From Aureliella sp. (GTDB lineage Bacteria; Planctomycetota; Planctomycetia; Pirellulales; Pirellulaceae), in NCBI GenBank assembly GCA_963691875.1, contig OY829846.1, positions 2,400,001 to 2,464,000 on the forward strand: a stretch of 64,000 bases of DNA, read 5' to 3'. A program made the translations under genes and the position numbers. Under the pieces are notes generated by a model. That model ran no database searches. It was not told the DNA's origin and saw only the letters and a program-made list of their open reading frames with translations. Below, piece by piece: positions 1 to 11,053 of the stretch; the stretch's first letter is position 1, and every line of letters starts with the position of its first letter.

Positions 1-1
1 G

Positions 2-259
2 CCAGCATCACCGTTGATGGACACTCAGATGGGAGCTTCTCCGCTTTCGGATGCTCCAGCTTTCGATGCTCCTCCCGTATCGCCTTTAGCTGACTCGCCG
101 ACGCTTGAACCATCACCGTTGTCCGATCAACCAATCATGGATCCTGCACCGGCACCAGAGGTTGCTCCCGAGCCAACTCCGGAACCACCTGCGGCAGATA
201 CACAGCCAATGGATACTCCACCAGCTTCTGACGTTCCTCCGGAACCACCAGCTGAGTAA
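2..259 (+). CDS. 3' end of a Pro/Asp/Glu-rich low-complexity protein (starts before the window)
   Basis: Frame open from position 2 to TAA at 257-259; PAPEVAPEPTPEPP-type sequence; followed by a terminator. Confidence 0.75.
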   Translation, partial: PASPLMDTQMGASPLSDAPAFDAPPVSPLADSPTLEPSPLSDQPIMDPAPAPEVAPEPTPEPPAADTQPMDTPPASDVPPEPPAE

Positions 260-284
260 GACCTAGCGAAGTTGAAAATCCAAC

Positions 285-313
285 AAAAGCCACTCTAACC
301 AGAGTGGCTTTTT
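285..313 (+). terminator. Intrinsic (probably bidirectional) terminator
   Basis: AAAAGCCACTCT-aacc-AGAGTGGCTTTT(T): perfect 12-bp inverted repeat with A and T tracts, 25 nt after the stop codon. Confidence 0.85.
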
Positions 314-732
314 CGATGTCTATGTACTTCTTTGGGCTTTCAAGACTGCAATGAGCGGCGGACCGATGCTACGAATCTCGCAGCGAGTGCCATGACTTTC
401 CGACGCGCGTTCCGGCTTGGCGAGCAGCTCGTAGTAAAACGAAGTTGATCTGCCTCAGCTCTCTACGAGTTCAACCAGAGACGGTTTCCTGGGTATTGCG
501 TTATCATCTTTATCCGTAAATGCTCGATTCCTTTCCGGACTCAGCAGCAGCGGTATTCGTACTCTCCCTCGATTCCGGCCCTCCGAGGACTTCGCGCTAA
601 CGCATCAGGTTAGGATTCATTCTCAATTTTGCTGCTCACGGCGCAGCTTCGTTGGTCTTGATGCTTCGAATCAACGACAAACCTGAAAGAGCATACTTTT
701 GCACCGCTAGAAGATCAACCGTTTTCTTCGAT

Positions 733-1752
733 TCATAGTTTCTCTAACAGAAATGCGGAGAAAATAATGAACGCCAAGTGGCGATCAGCCTCATTGAGCT
801 TATCCGCCTCGTAGTCCTTTTTCATTTCCTGGAGCAGATCTGGCAATTCCTGAGCGAGCCTCTCATTTTCGAACAACTTTCCTTGATCAAACCTTTCGCG
901 ATATTCCGGAAACGCTTTCTCAGGAAACACGACGTAGTTGTTGTCGTCAGGCTTTAGATCAAAGGTATTGCACACTCCGTTGAGTCGCCCCAAAATCTTG
1001 AGGTTGAGAACACCGATATGACCGCGAGAATAGCCTTTGAGCTGCAAGTATTCGCTCAGCTGGGTACGCTTTTCCTTGTCGTAGCCAAATATATTTCGCA
1101 GTTTGTCTGGTCCAGAAGAATTCTTGCTTGCGACAGAAGTTACCGAACTCGATGTCACTTCCGTGCTTTCAGGTTCCGATGCTCTACCTAGCGTGATGGA
1201 GGCATTTGTTCCGGTGCCTGTAGGACTGGATAGTCCACCATCACTGTCTGCCTGAACAGAGGACTCAGGTGCATCCTGGATTGAAGCTACAAGCTGTTCT
1301 TGGGGAGGCAACCAAAACAGAACCGCCGCGACCACGCCGACCAAAGTGGTTAGACAGAGCGCTACGAAGGCAACATATCCAACGACCGTTTTTGCAGAAA
1401 TGGAGTCATCTTCCTCCTCGACAGTTCGCGTTGGCGGGGAATAGGCAGAAGTGGCAGTTCCTTTAGCTGGTAACGTGCTTGAATTTTCCTTCACTGACGG
1501 GAGGTCCTCGAGTCCACTGAGAGCAGAAAATCCGGGACTCTTAAGCGGCTCGAGCGTCATGGCCGACTTTTCCTGTTGCGGATTTTCGCTCATGTCCAGG
1601 ACTTCGAGGGTCCCCATACTGGACGCTGCTTCCGCACTCGGGTTCGGAATCCTGAGCGCCGAGTCACAGTTCGGACACTTCACCGAACGACCAGCGAAGC
1701 GATCAGCAGCGTCAATCTTTTGCCCGCAAGGGCAGACTACTCGAATTGGCAT
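733..1752 (-). CDS. Zinc-ribbon (CPCG...CPNC) single-pass membrane protein of unknown function
   Basis: N-terminal MPIRVVCPCGQ...VKCPNC, low-complexity linker, one hydrophobic helix (VVGYVAFVALCLTTLVGVVAAVLFWL). Confidence 0.75.
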   Translation of the reverse strand: MPIRVVCPCGQKIDAADRFAGRSVKCPNCDSALRIPNPSAEAASSMGTLEVLDMSENPQQEKSAMTLEPLKSPGFSALSGLEDLPSVKENSSTLPAKGTATSAYSPPTRTVEEEDDSISAKTVVGYVAFVALCLTTLVGVVAAVLFWLPPQEQLVASIQDAPESSVQADSDGGLSSPTGTGTNASITLGRASEPESTEVTSSSVTSVASKNSSGPDKLRNIFGYDKEKRTQLSEYLQLKGYSRGHIGVLNLKILGRLNGVCNTFDLKPDDNNYVVFPEKAFPEYRERFDQGKLFENERLAQELPDLLQEMKKDYEADKLNEADRHLAFIIFSAFLLEKL

Positions 1753-1896
1753 GATTGTGCCCCTAGAAACGCTCTCTCTAAGGCGGAAGGCGAGCCAGAA
1801 TCCGCCCGCCCAAGTTCGATTTCAAGCAGTGCACCCCGCTTGAAATACTCTCCATTGGTAGAAGCTCTTCTGCCTGTCGCCTAACGCTGTAGGTGA

Positions 1897-2658
1897 TCAA
1901 GACTCATATGGCCATTCTGTCTTGGTGAATAACCCGCCGTCAACAAAAATCGTTTGTCCCGTTATGAAGCTGGCTTTCTCGCTGGCTAAGAAAGCAACTG
2001 CGTTTGCGATATCTTGCTCCTGCCCGCAACGAGCCAGCGGAGCCAGATCGCCCCAAGTCTTAGCGTAGTCTGGACTCTCCGCTTGAGTGCGTTCATTCTC
2101 AATCGCACCTGGAGCAACACAGTTTACTCGGACTTTAGGGCCGAGCTCGACCGCCGCCACCTTGGTCAACATTTCAATTCCGCCTTTGCTCGCGCAGTAG
2201 TCTCCCAAGGACGGAAAGGGAACCTGATTGGCACCAGACCCAATATTGACGATGCAGCCACCTGAGTCTTTCATCAATCTCGCCGCTCGTTGAGTACACA
2301 AAAAAGTGCCTTTGAGATTAGTGCGGATCGTGCGATCAAAGTCCGACTCGGAAAGATCCACGAGTGGAGAAAAAGTCTGCACTGCAGCGTTATTGACCAG
2401 AACAGATAGCTGGCCACGCTCCTTAACCTCGGCAAACAGCTCGTCCAGCTCGGCGGCGGAGCCGACATCGGCGTCACAGACCCAGCCATCGCCACCGGCA
2501 TCTTGGACTATTCGCAAAGTTTCCTTCGCTCCAGCTTCATCGCGAAAGTGATCGACGCAGATCGTGAATCCACCTCGTGCAAGCTCTACGGAAATGCAGC
2601 GACCAATCCCACTGCTAGCCCCAGTTACAATTGCGATGTTTTCGCTCAGCGCAGCCAT
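1897..2658 (-). CDS. Short-chain dehydrogenase/reductase (glucose-1-dehydrogenase/FabG-like)
   Basis: TGASSGIG, NNAA, catalytic YCASK, VNCVAPG, ITGQTIFVDGG. Confidence 0.93.
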   Translation of the reverse strand: MAALSENIAIVTGASSGIGRCISVELARGGFTICVDHFRDEAGAKETLRIVQDAGGDGWVCDADVGSAAELDELFAEVKERGQLSVLVNNAAVQTFSPLVDLSESDFDRTIRTNLKGTFLCTQRAARLMKDSGGCIVNIGSGANQVPFPSLGDYCASKGGIEMLTKVAAVELGPKVRVNCVAPGAIENERTQAESPDYAKTWGDLAPLARCGQEQDIANAVAFLASEKASFITGQTIFVDGGLFTKTEWPYES

Positions 2659-3038
2659 ATAGCCCTCTACTAAAGCTCCTTACGAGTGGTTCCCCCCTGC
2701 CATTAGGCACGACTGGCTCGCTTTTGACAATCGGTCTACTAGAAATCAACTTTTACTAACCGGAGGACAATTGGTAGAACAGCCGTTCAGATGCAAATAC
2801 ACGTGCGAAGCGCCACGTTAGCTACAAGAAACACAATCGACCGATCGGCACACCCCTGCTTGCGCAAAAAACTAAGAAAGCCTGTATTGAAGCTCACCAG
2901 ACCGGGTGTTCGCAAAAAAGCGAAGTTCGTTAACTGATCTGATGTGGCTCATTCGGACGCACATCCGCCTCCCCTTTTAGTTATATTGCGTGTGGTCCCT
3001 TTTCTCCTCCACAGCTCCCACCTGCATCGGGCGATGAA

Positions 3039-4529
3039 ATGAAAAATCTGATTGCCAGCTGCTTCCTATCAGCTTGTTTGTTTAGTTCTTTTGCTTCGAA
3101 TTCAAACACTGCTTTGGCCGACGAAATACGGCCTCCCAATGTGGTCGTGATGTTCATCGACGACATGGGCTACGCGGATATCGGCCCCTTCGGAGCGAAA
3201 GACTACAAGACTCCCTACCTAGACAAAATGGCTCGAGAAGGAAGACGCTTCACTGACTTCCAAGTCACCAGTGCGGTCTGTTCTGCATCGCGATCTGCTT
3301 TGGTGACTGGTTGCTACCACAGAAGAATCGGATTCGCAGGTGCTCTTGGCCCTAGCGCGAAACACGGAATTCACGAAGACGAAGTCACGCTTGGCGAGAT
3401 CTGTAAGCAAAAGGGATACGCCACTGCTTGCTATGGCAAATGGCACTTGGGGCACCATCCGAAATTCCTTCCGACCAATCACGGCTTCGACGAGTACTTT
3501 GGTCTACCTTACTCCAATGACATGTGGCCCTATCATCCAAACGTGCTTCACTTGGATATGAAGGATCGACTGAAACGTTGGCCGCATCTGCCGCTGATCG
3601 AAGGCACAGAGGTTATCAATTCGAAAATGACTGGAGAAGACCAAGAACTCTTAACCAAACAGTACACCGAACGGGCTTGTAGTTTTATCGAACAGCACAA
3701 AGATGAGCCGTTTCTGGTCTACCTACCACACAGTATGGTCCACGTTCCGCTGTACGTCTCCGATGCCTTCAAAGGTAAAAGTGGCGCAGGTTTGTTCGGG
3801 GATGTGGTGATGGAAGTGGACTGGTCGATGGGCCAAATCATGGAAACACTGAAGAAGCATAACCTGGCCGAGAATACCCTCGTTATATTCACGACGGACA
3901 ACGGGCCCTGGCTGAGCTACGGAGATCACGCAGGCTCCGCTGCACCGCTGCGTGAAGGAAAAGGAACGATGTGGGAAGGCGGCTGTCGGGTACCAACCGT
4001 GATGTGGTGGCCTGGCAGAATTCCAGCGAACACAAGCTGCGATGAATTAGCTTCGACAATGGATATCCTGCCAACAGTTGCAAAACTCATCGGTGCCAAT
4101 CTGCCGGACCATAAGATCGACGGCAAGGACATCCGTCCACTTATGTTCGGCGACAAGGGTGCTCAATCACCTCACGAGTACTTCTACCACTACTACGGAG
4201 GCGGACAGTTGCAGGCTGTACGTGATCGTGAGTGGAAGCTGTTCTTCCCTCACAAGTACCGAACTATGGCGGGCAAGCCTGGAGGTACAGGTGGAATTCC
4301 GACCAAGTATTCACAAGGCGAAACGGGTGTCGAACTCTACAACTTGAAGAAAGATGTGAGCGAGACAACGGACTTGGCGGGCAAATATCCCGACATCGTC
4401 AAACGATTGAAAGCTGCTGCCGGGGTAGCTCGTGCGGACCTGGGCGACAAGCTCACCCAACGCAAAGGCTCTGGCGTACGCGAGATTGGGCGAATCGGCC
4501 AGGGCGACAGCTTGCTCGTGACTCAGTAG
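3039..4529 (+). CDS. Arylsulfatase (formylglycine-dependent), exported
   Basis: Signal peptide, [17 protein letters not shown]...VTG, GKWHLG, TDNGP, WEGG.RVP. Confidence 0.95.
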   Translation: MKNLIASCFLSACLFSSFASNSNTALADEIRPPNVVVMFIDDMGYADIGPFGAKDYKTPYLDKMAREGRRFTDFQVTSAVCSASRSALVTGCYHRRIGFAGALGPSAKHGIHEDEVTLGEICKQKGYATACYGKWHLGHHPKFLPTNHGFDEYFGLPYSNDMWPYHPNVLHLDMKDRLKRWPHLPLIEGTEVINSKMTGEDQELLTKQYTERACSFIEQHKDEPFLVYLPHSMVHVPLYVSDAFKGKSGAGLFGDVVMEVDWSMGQIMETLKKHNLAENTLVIFTTDNGPWLSYGDHAGSAAPLREGKGTMWEGGCRVPTVMWWPGRIPANTSCDELASTMDILPTVAKLIGANLPDHKIDGKDIRPLMFGDKGAQSPHEYFYHYYGGGQLQAVRDREWKLFFPHKYRTMAGKPGGTGGIPTKYSQGETGVELYNLKKDVSETTDLAGKYPDIVKRLKAAAGVARADLGDKLTQRKGSGVREIGRIGQGDSLLVTQ

Positions 4530-4668
4530 CAAGTCGCAGGTTCGCCGAAAGCTTCGCATGTAAACGCTACGACCGACGCAGCGTTCCGCGACAATTGGGA
4601 AACGACCCGAGATGTTGCATTCGGAACAGGCACACATTGAAACACCCCATCGAAAAGAACTCCTCCTG

Positions 4669-6672
4669 ATGCCTAAACTCCCTATGAATCGCTACCTTTA
4701 CGTAGCCTGCATAGCAGCTGTTTGTAGCCACTTTTCAACCTCAAAGATACTCTGCGCCGACGAAGTCGCCGGTCGAAACCTCGCGGGTTGGAAGAAAGAC
4801 CTTACTAGTGACAACCGTACTGTCCGACTTCGAGCCGCAAAGACGCTTGGGGCATTCGGCACAGAAGCAGTTCCTACGCTGACAGAATTGCTCGGCGACC
4901 AAGACGTAGCGGTACAGTACTGGGCGGCAAGCCACCTTGGTAATTTGGGCGATGCTGCGAAGAGCTCAGTTCACAAACTCAAGGAATTGTTCGACAGTGA
5001 ATCCCAACCAATTCGCATGGCGGTTTCCTACGCTCTTTGTAGTATCGAAGGCGTAGATGAGTGGAGCGGACCGCTATTGGAAGGCATCGAGTCCAAACAA
5101 CGCGAAGTCGGATGTACGGCAGCAGACTTCCTGGCAAGGTTAGGCCCCAAGGCAAAAAGCATTCTGGGCAAAGTAGACGCAAAGCACCAAGAGTATCTAC
5201 CCAACAAGGGCGACTACCACATTCGCGGCTCGCTTGAGAACGCTGTGCGAGATATCAAGAACGACGGATTGCTCGAGAATCACAAACGCCCTAAAGGTGG
5301 AGGAACTCCTCGAGGTAAGAACCCGGGAAAACTGAAAACCGGCCCAGGACCGCGCGGCGCAGATCAAGCGCGACAACGCCCTAACATTCTGTGGATCAGT
5401 TGCGAAGACATTAGTCCGAATCTGGGTTGCTTTGGCGATGAATATGCTTCGACGCCGAATCTTGACCAGTTAGCCAGCCAGGGTGTTCGCTTCACGCAGG
5501 CCTTTACACCGGCTGGAGTCTGTGCTGTGGTGCGAACAGGAATTATCACCGGGATGTATCCGATTTCCTTCGGCGGCCAACACATGCGTTCGGTGATCAA
5601 GTTTCCGGAGAAAGTAAAGCCCTTTCCGGTTTACCTTCGCGAAGCTGGTTACTTTTGCACCAACAAAGCTAAGACTGACTATCAGTCCAATGTGGATATG
5701 GATGCGACATGGGATCGCCATGGCGGTGCGCACAGCGATTGGCGAGAACGCAAACCCGGGCAACCCTTTTTCAGTGTGATCAACTTAACCTGTTCGCACG
5801 AAAGTCAGATTCGGCACGGCGAGAAGACGCATGCTGGTATGCTGGCCAAACTGGCTCCGGAGCAGCGGCACGATCCTGATCTTGCCGCACCATTCCTACC
5901 GCCCATCCACCCGAACACGTCGGAAGCGAGAAAGGACTGGGCTTGGTATGCGGACAACATTTCTGAAATGGACCGTCAAGTTGGCGAGATCCTCCAGCGT
6001 CTCGAAGACGATGGCTTGGCGGACAATACCGTCGTCATCTTCTGGAGCGATCATGGGCGTGGCCTGCCTCGCGGCAAGCGTTGGATTTACGACTCGGGCG
6101 TGCACGTTCCTGTTATCGTCAGGTGGCCGCAAGTGATGGGTCAAGGGCGAGTCAATGATGAGCTGGTTTCGACCGAAGATCTAACAGCGACAACTCTTTC
6201 ATTGGCTGGAGTCAAGCCGAAGGACTACATGCAGGGGCGCGTTTTCCTAGGTGAAGGCAAGCAGCCTGAACCTGAAATGCTGTTTTACCATCGCGACCGC
6301 ATGGATGAGGCTTATGAGCTAATGCGAGCGGCGAGAACACACCGATTCAAATATATTCGCAACTATGAACCGGAGCGAACCTACGCCCAGCACATTGACT
6401 ATATGGATATGATGCCGACGCTGGTTGATCTTCGGCAGATGCATAAAGACGGCAAGCTGAACGCGGTACAAGAACGATTCTTTGCCGAGAGAAAGCCAAT
6501 CGAAGAGCTTTACGATGTCGTTTCCGATCCTCACGAGACTCGTAACTTAGCCGAGCGACCGGAATTCCAGTCTACCCTTACGCATCTGCGCAAATCTCTG
6601 GAAGAATGGCAAGTAGAAGTGGGTGACATGGGTATGATTCCAGAAGCCATCATGATGGAAAGCCTGCGCTGA
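4669..6672 (+). CDS. HEAT-repeat + sulfatase fusion protein
   Basis: Signal peptide, HEAT-like repeats (VRLRAAKTLG, VQYWAASHLG, IRMAVSYAL), Gly/Lys/Pro linker, then PNILWISCED, CAVVRTGIITG, SDHG. Start ATG 4669 preferred over 4612. Confidence 0.85.
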   Translation: MPKLPMNRYLYVACIAAVCSHFSTSKILCADEVAGRNLAGWKKDLTSDNRTVRLRAAKTLGAFGTEAVPTLTELLGDQDVAVQYWAASHLGNLGDAAKSSVHKLKELFDSESQPIRMAVSYALCSIEGVDEWSGPLLEGIESKQREVGCTAADFLARLGPKAKSILGKVDAKHQEYLPNKGDYHIRGSLENAVRDIKNDGLLENHKRPKGGGTPRGKNPGKLKTGPGPRGADQARQRPNILWISCEDISPNLGCFGDEYASTPNLDQLASQGVRFTQAFTPAGVCAVVRTGIITGMYPISFGGQHMRSVIKFPEKVKPFPVYLREAGYFCTNKAKTDYQSNVDMDATWDRHGGAHSDWRERKPGQPFFSVINLTCSHESQIRHGEKTHAGMLAKLAPEQRHDPDLAAPFLPPIHPNTSEARKDWAWYADNISEMDRQVGEILQRLEDDGLADNTVVIFWSDHGRGLPRGKRWIYDSGVHVPVIVRWPQVMGQGRVNDELVSTEDLTATTLSLAGVKPKDYMQGRVFLGEGKQPEPEMLFYHRDRMDEAYELMRAARTHRFKYIRNYEPERTYAQHIDYMDMMPTLVDLRQMHKDGKLNAVQERFFAERKPIEELYDVVSDPHETRNLAERPEFQSTLTHLRKSLEEWQVEVGDMGMIPEAIMMESLR

Positions 6673-6782
6673 ACAAGCCCGCAATCGCACCTACGCGGAG
6701 AGGGATCCGCTGGCTAAAATAGCGAGTCTGAACTCTATGGCGACGACCTCCTTCTGCTCCTACGAATCGACAAGGCCTCAAC

Positions 6783-7931
6783 ATGGCTCGTATTGCAACC
6801 ATCCTAGCGGGTGCACCACTTGCAAATCCCGCTTTTTATCACCGCGTTCGCTTTGGAGTGGGTGATCCAGCGGCATGGCTCAGCATTTCTGAAAACGGAA
6901 GTACTACGACGGAATTCATTGTTCGTGACATCGAGATGGATCGTGCACGCGAACAGGTACCTGTCGACAACGTGACTTGCCCCGCGGACTACATTCCAGC
7001 TGGCGGGCTTTCTGGTGATCGGGCAACCGCAACCGCCCAGGCACTTGCAGAGTGCCTTCGACGGGCGGAAGTCGACGAAGTCATCGCGGATCGAAGCTTG
7101 CCATTCATTTTTGCATGGGAGATTCAACAAGCGGGCTTGAAGTTACAGTACTCGGCCGAACTCGGAGTTCTGGAGCGACGTACGAAGGACGAGGAAGAGG
7201 TGGGTTGGATACAAGAAGCCCAGTCCGTCACCGAAGAAGCGATGTTGATGGCCTGCCAGACAGTTGCGTGTGCTGAAGCGAACGTCGGCGGTATTTTGCA
7301 TCACGATGGTTCGGAGTTGACCAGCGAGCGATTGCGTCAGATGATCAGCCTGTTCTTGCTCGAGCGAGATTATTCCGAGCCGCAAGGTTCTATCGTGGCG
7401 AGCCTTCCGCACTCGGCCGATTGTCACGAGCGTGGAAGCGGACCGCTCAAGACTGGCGAAGCGGTCATCGTGGACATCTTCCCTCAGAATAAGAAAACTT
7501 TTTACTGCGGCGACTGCACGCGAACCGTCGTTCATGGCGAGCCGAGTGAAGAGATTGGCAAGATGCATGCTGCAGTTGTAGCGGCGACGAAAGCTGCTTC
7601 TGCGGTGGCAAAAGCTGGATCCACAGCAGATGAGGTTCACGGCGTGACCAAAGCAACGATCACTGAGCACGGCTACCAGTTCTTGCGCGGTGAAATCTCT
7701 GATAAGCCTGTTATGCCGCATGGAACGGGCCACGGAGTAGGCCTTGAGATTCACGAGCCCATTCTGCTCGACGACAACGGCGGAACACTTTTGGCAGGCG
7801 AAGTACTAACAGTGGAGCCTGGGCTTTACAGTCGCAAATACGGTGGAGTCCGAGTTGAGGACATCATCGTTATCACCGACGAAGCACCTCGGAATTTGAA
7901 CAAGTTGCCCTACGGCTTGAACTGGACTTAA
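6783..7931 (+). CDS. Xaa-Pro aminopeptidase (M24 family)
   Basis: VIVDIFP, YCGDCTRT, HGTGHGVGLEIHE, TVEPGLY, GVRVED metal-binding motifs. Confidence 0.93.
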   Translation: MARIATILAGAPLANPAFYHRVRFGVGDPAAWLSISENGSTTTEFIVRDIEMDRAREQVPVDNVTCPADYIPAGGLSGDRATATAQALAECLRRAEVDEVIADRSLPFIFAWEIQQAGLKLQYSAELGVLERRTKDEEEVGWIQEAQSVTEEAMLMACQTVACAEANVGGILHHDGSELTSERLRQMISLFLLERDYSEPQGSIVASLPHSADCHERGSGPLKTGEAVIVDIFPQNKKTFYCGDCTRTVVHGEPSEEIGKMHAAVVAATKAASAVAKAGSTADEVHGVTKATITEHGYQFLRGEISDKPVMPHGTGHGVGLEIHEPILLDDNGGTLLAGEVLTVEPGLYSRKYGGVRVEDIIVITDEAPRNLNKLPYGLNWT

Positions 7932-7961
7932 CGGAACCTTAACGCAAGACAGGATGGATCC

Positions 7962-9422
7962 TTGAGGCAAAATGCGGCCAAAAGATCGCCACGTATTGCC
8001 ATTGTCGGTGCGGGCTTCTCTGGCATCGGAGCTGCCATTCGCCTGCGTCAAAAGGGCTTTCGCGATGTAACGATCTTCGAGTCCGCGTCGCAAGTTGGCG
8101 GCGTATGGGCCAAGAATCGTTATCCGGGTGCAGCCTGCGATATACCTTCGCACCTCTATTCCTTTTCATTTGCTCCGAAGCCCAATTGGACGCACCGTTA
8201 TGCTCGGCAACCAGAGATCCATGCCTACCTGCAAGACTGCGTGCGGAGATTCAATCTTAGCGATTTGATACGTCTAAACACGGAGGTCCAATCGGCCAAG
8301 TTCGACTTACAAAAACATACTTGGAAGCTAAGCTTCGCCGATCAGAGTCAGGACTTCGACATCTTGATAAGTGCTGTTGGACAGCTCAATCGACCTCGGA
8401 TTCCAGAGATCGAAGGTTTGGATTCATTTAATGGACCGGTGATTCATACTGCCCAGTGGCCAGAGAATTTGAATCTCTCAGGAAAAAGCGTCGCGGTTAT
8501 TGGAACGGGCGCTAGCGCGATTCAAGCGATTCCGCAGATCGCAAAATCAGCCAGCAAGCTAACCGTTTTTCAGCGTTCCCCTACCTGGGTGAAGCCCTTT
8601 TGGGACTATCAATACAGTGCATTCACGAAGGCGATATTTCGTTTCCTGCCCGGTCCCCGCTTGCTCCATCGTTGGTGGACATACGCAATCAGCGAAGCTC
8701 GTATCATCGCTTTCTACCAAGGCAGCGAAGCATCGCGTTACATCGCACGTCAACTGCGAAAACACATTCGATCTCACGCTCCTGAGCCACTGCAAGCCGC
8801 ACTGACTCCAGATTTTGCCGTCGGCTGCAAGCGGATTCCGCTTTCGAACCATTACTATGACACATTTCAACTGCCAAATGTAGAGCTGGTCACTGCTCCT
8901 GTGGATCGAATTAGCTCAGAGGATATCCACGCCGGCGAGGAACAATTCGCCTGCGATGCGGTTATCCTTGCCACAGGTTTTCGTGCGACCGAGTTCATCA
9001 CTCCGATGCAGTTAGTAGGCTCCACCGGTCAATCTCTCGAGGAAGCTTGGGGGCAAAGTGGCACAGCAGCTTATCTAGGCATGCTCTATCCGAACTTCCC
9101 AAATTTCTTCATGCTCTACGGACCGAATACCAACCTGGGGCACAACTCGATTATCTTTATGATCGAATGCCAGCTTCGTTTCTTGTTAAAGTCAATTCGT
9201 CAAATCTGGCAAAAACAAGGTCGTTGTATCGAAGTATCGCCAACAGCCTATGAAGGATTTCAGGAAGAGACGCAGCGCAGAATGCAACCCTTTGTATGGA
9301 ATGGCGACTGTTCCAGCTGGTACAAGGACGCGGCTGGTAATATCGTCAACAATTGGTTCGGCACTTCTGTTGAGTACTGGCGACGAACGCGCCGACTGAG
9401 TCGCGAGGCCTTTCGCCCTTAA
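7962..9422 (+). CDS. Baeyer-Villiger type flavin monooxygenase
   Basis: GAGFSG, GGVWAKNRYPG, fingerprint FNGPVIHTAQW (FxGxxxHxxxW), GTGASA, ATGF. Confidence 0.93.
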   Translation: MRQNAAKRSPRIAIVGAGFSGIGAAIRLRQKGFRDVTIFESASQVGGVWAKNRYPGAACDIPSHLYSFSFAPKPNWTHRYARQPEIHAYLQDCVRRFNLSDLIRLNTEVQSAKFDLQKHTWKLSFADQSQDFDILISAVGQLNRPRIPEIEGLDSFNGPVIHTAQWPENLNLSGKSVAVIGTGASAIQAIPQIAKSASKLTVFQRSPTWVKPFWDYQYSAFTKAIFRFLPGPRLLHRWWTYAISEARIIAFYQGSEASRYIARQLRKHIRSHAPEPLQAALTPDFAVGCKRIPLSNHYYDTFQLPNVELVTAPVDRISSEDIHAGEEQFACDAVILATGFRATEFITPMQLVGSTGQSLEEAWGQSGTAAYLGMLYPNFPNFFMLYGPNTNLGHNSIIFMIECQLRFLLKSIRQIWQKQGRCIEVSPTAYEGFQEETQRRMQPFVWNGDCSSWYKDAAGNIVNNWFGTSVEYWRRTRRLSREAFRP

Positions 9423-9630
9423 GCGTTACTCAGCGACTGACGTCTTGGTGGTGCAGCCGACGGGGCGAATTATTGTCTTACCCCAGGGGAATTGGTTCAT
9501 ACTTGGTCCAAAATCAAGAAGCCTTAGCTTCTTTCGGCACGGATGCGCAAGAGCTGCTCGAACCTTCTGGGCAGACTGCCAATTTCTTCTCAGCGCACCT
9601 ACATGTAAAAGCAATCCAGCATCGCATGAG

Positions 9631-10182
9631 ATGAAGTTAAAAACAAAAAAACCGCATGAGGCACTCCGCGCATTCTGTTGTGCGAGGCTGCGCTACCTGC
9701 AATGGCCAACAACTTCAACAATGGAGGAATATTGGCCTCACTAACCTACAACACGCCCTATCCTTTGACGGAAGTTCCAGTGCAATACGCGCCGGGCAAG
9801 GTCTCAGTCGGCAGATCGGCTGGAACATCCAGACTAGAAGTATTTTGCCAAATCCAACTACTGTAGACCTTAGTCGCCTGGCAACAGAAGGGATTCTGAC
9901 CTTAAAAGGCGTTCAAGGTCCCAAACCATTTTTTGATGGACGCCCAATCGTGGGATCCACACACGGCATGGATTGGTTTTCTGCATTGGGAGGGCTGTTT
10001 TCACAGGACAGCCCCAGATGGCATGTCCATGTTAAGTGGTGACGGCAGCTTCACGATTGCTGGAGGTACTGGGCGTTATCGCAATGCATGAGAAACCTTT
10101 AGGACGCCCTTCTGGACGGGGCCGATACCAGCAACCCACAGATTCTACGATCGCCTGGTTCACGCAACAGGGCTTTTGTTAA
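9631..10182 (+). pseudogene. Frameshifted remnant of a secreted beta-barrel protein (GGTGRY-type, dirigent/allene-oxide-cyclase-like motif)
   Basis: Protein-like fragments in different + frames (9678-9866, ~9840-10010) and SGDGSFTIAGGTGRYRNA ending at TGA 10089-10091. Confidence 0.45.
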
Positions 10183-10419
10183 TTTGAGTCCAGTAGTCCC
10201 GCAGACCCGGGAATTCCTGCGAATCCCATTACAGGTCAGCTCAGAACGCCTGTCGAATCCCACTAAAGAACAACGCAGGCCACGCTTCTTGGTCGAACGC
10301 GTGGCAAAACGGTGCGAAAAAGAGGAGCTTTTGCCCAAAATTGCAAAGCGAGTCTGAGAACTGAACCAACGCCTAGGCAAGGTATAGCTCCGCGTAGATG
10401 AAGTATATCCCCCAGAAGT

Positions 10420-11013
10420 TCACCGAGCCTGGAAACTGTCTTCAGGGGCGACGATTTCAAGCAGTTCCACCGCAGGCTCGCCGTCGCAGTAGATCAGAGC
10501 CGTACGTCCGTAAGACTGATTCGAAGCACCAACCGAGAAGTGCTTGACGAGGTCCCTTCCAAAGGTGACTTGCCAAACTGCGTTCAGCTGGACGCGGCGA
10601 AGAACACCATGCTGGATAAGCACGCGGCCAAGCGGCGTCTTCTGTGCCATAATCTCGTCGCGAACAACAGGCTGTAGGGCGGACAGTGCGAGCCGAACGA
10701 TTCCGTACTGAACCACGCGACCATCACTACTTCGCCGAAGCAGAATCTCACGAAGATAATGGGTGTCTGTCGTGCGATTCTGCAGGACCTCAACATTTAC
10801 CGAACACTGGTGACGCCCCTCCACGGTAACTGTCATGTGTGCTTCATGAGCGAGCAGAGACCTGTAAGCATCAGGACAGTCCTCTGCTGCACGGCGCTCG
10901 AACTCACCGAGATCCCCCATCTCTGGGTAAAACAAGGCGACTAGTTCGTCGAGTTCCACAGCAGGAGGAGTTACTTCAGCCAAAACAGGATTCTCAAGTT
11001 GGAGAGTTCGCAA
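10420..11013 (-). CDS. Chorismate-lyase/UTRA-fold-like protein (DUF98/Rv2949c-like)
   Basis: LLAHEAHMTVTVE, YLREILLR, VVQYGIVR, IMAQKTPLGRVL, YGRTALIY...PAVELLEI resemble the chorismate pyruvate-lyase fold. Confidence 0.6.
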   Translation of the reverse strand: MRTLQLENPVLAEVTPPAVELDELVALFYPEMGDLGEFERRAAEDCPDAYRSLLAHEAHMTVTVEGRHQCSVNVEVLQNRTTDTHYLREILLRRSSDGRVVQYGIVRLALSALQPVVRDEIMAQKTPLGRVLIQHGVLRRVQLNAVWQVTFGRDLVKHFSVGASNQSYGRTALIYCDGEPAVELLEIVAPEDSFQAR

Positions 11014-11053
11014 ACGTTTGAAGTCTGACGACTTCTGCTAACCAGCACTTCGC

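Noticed and set aside
320..730. Possible small gene or remnant downstream of the zinc-ribbon gene
   Set aside because: Only short frames with no recognisable motif.
7143..7754. 203-aa antisense ORF
   Set aside because: Shadow of the M24 peptidase gene.
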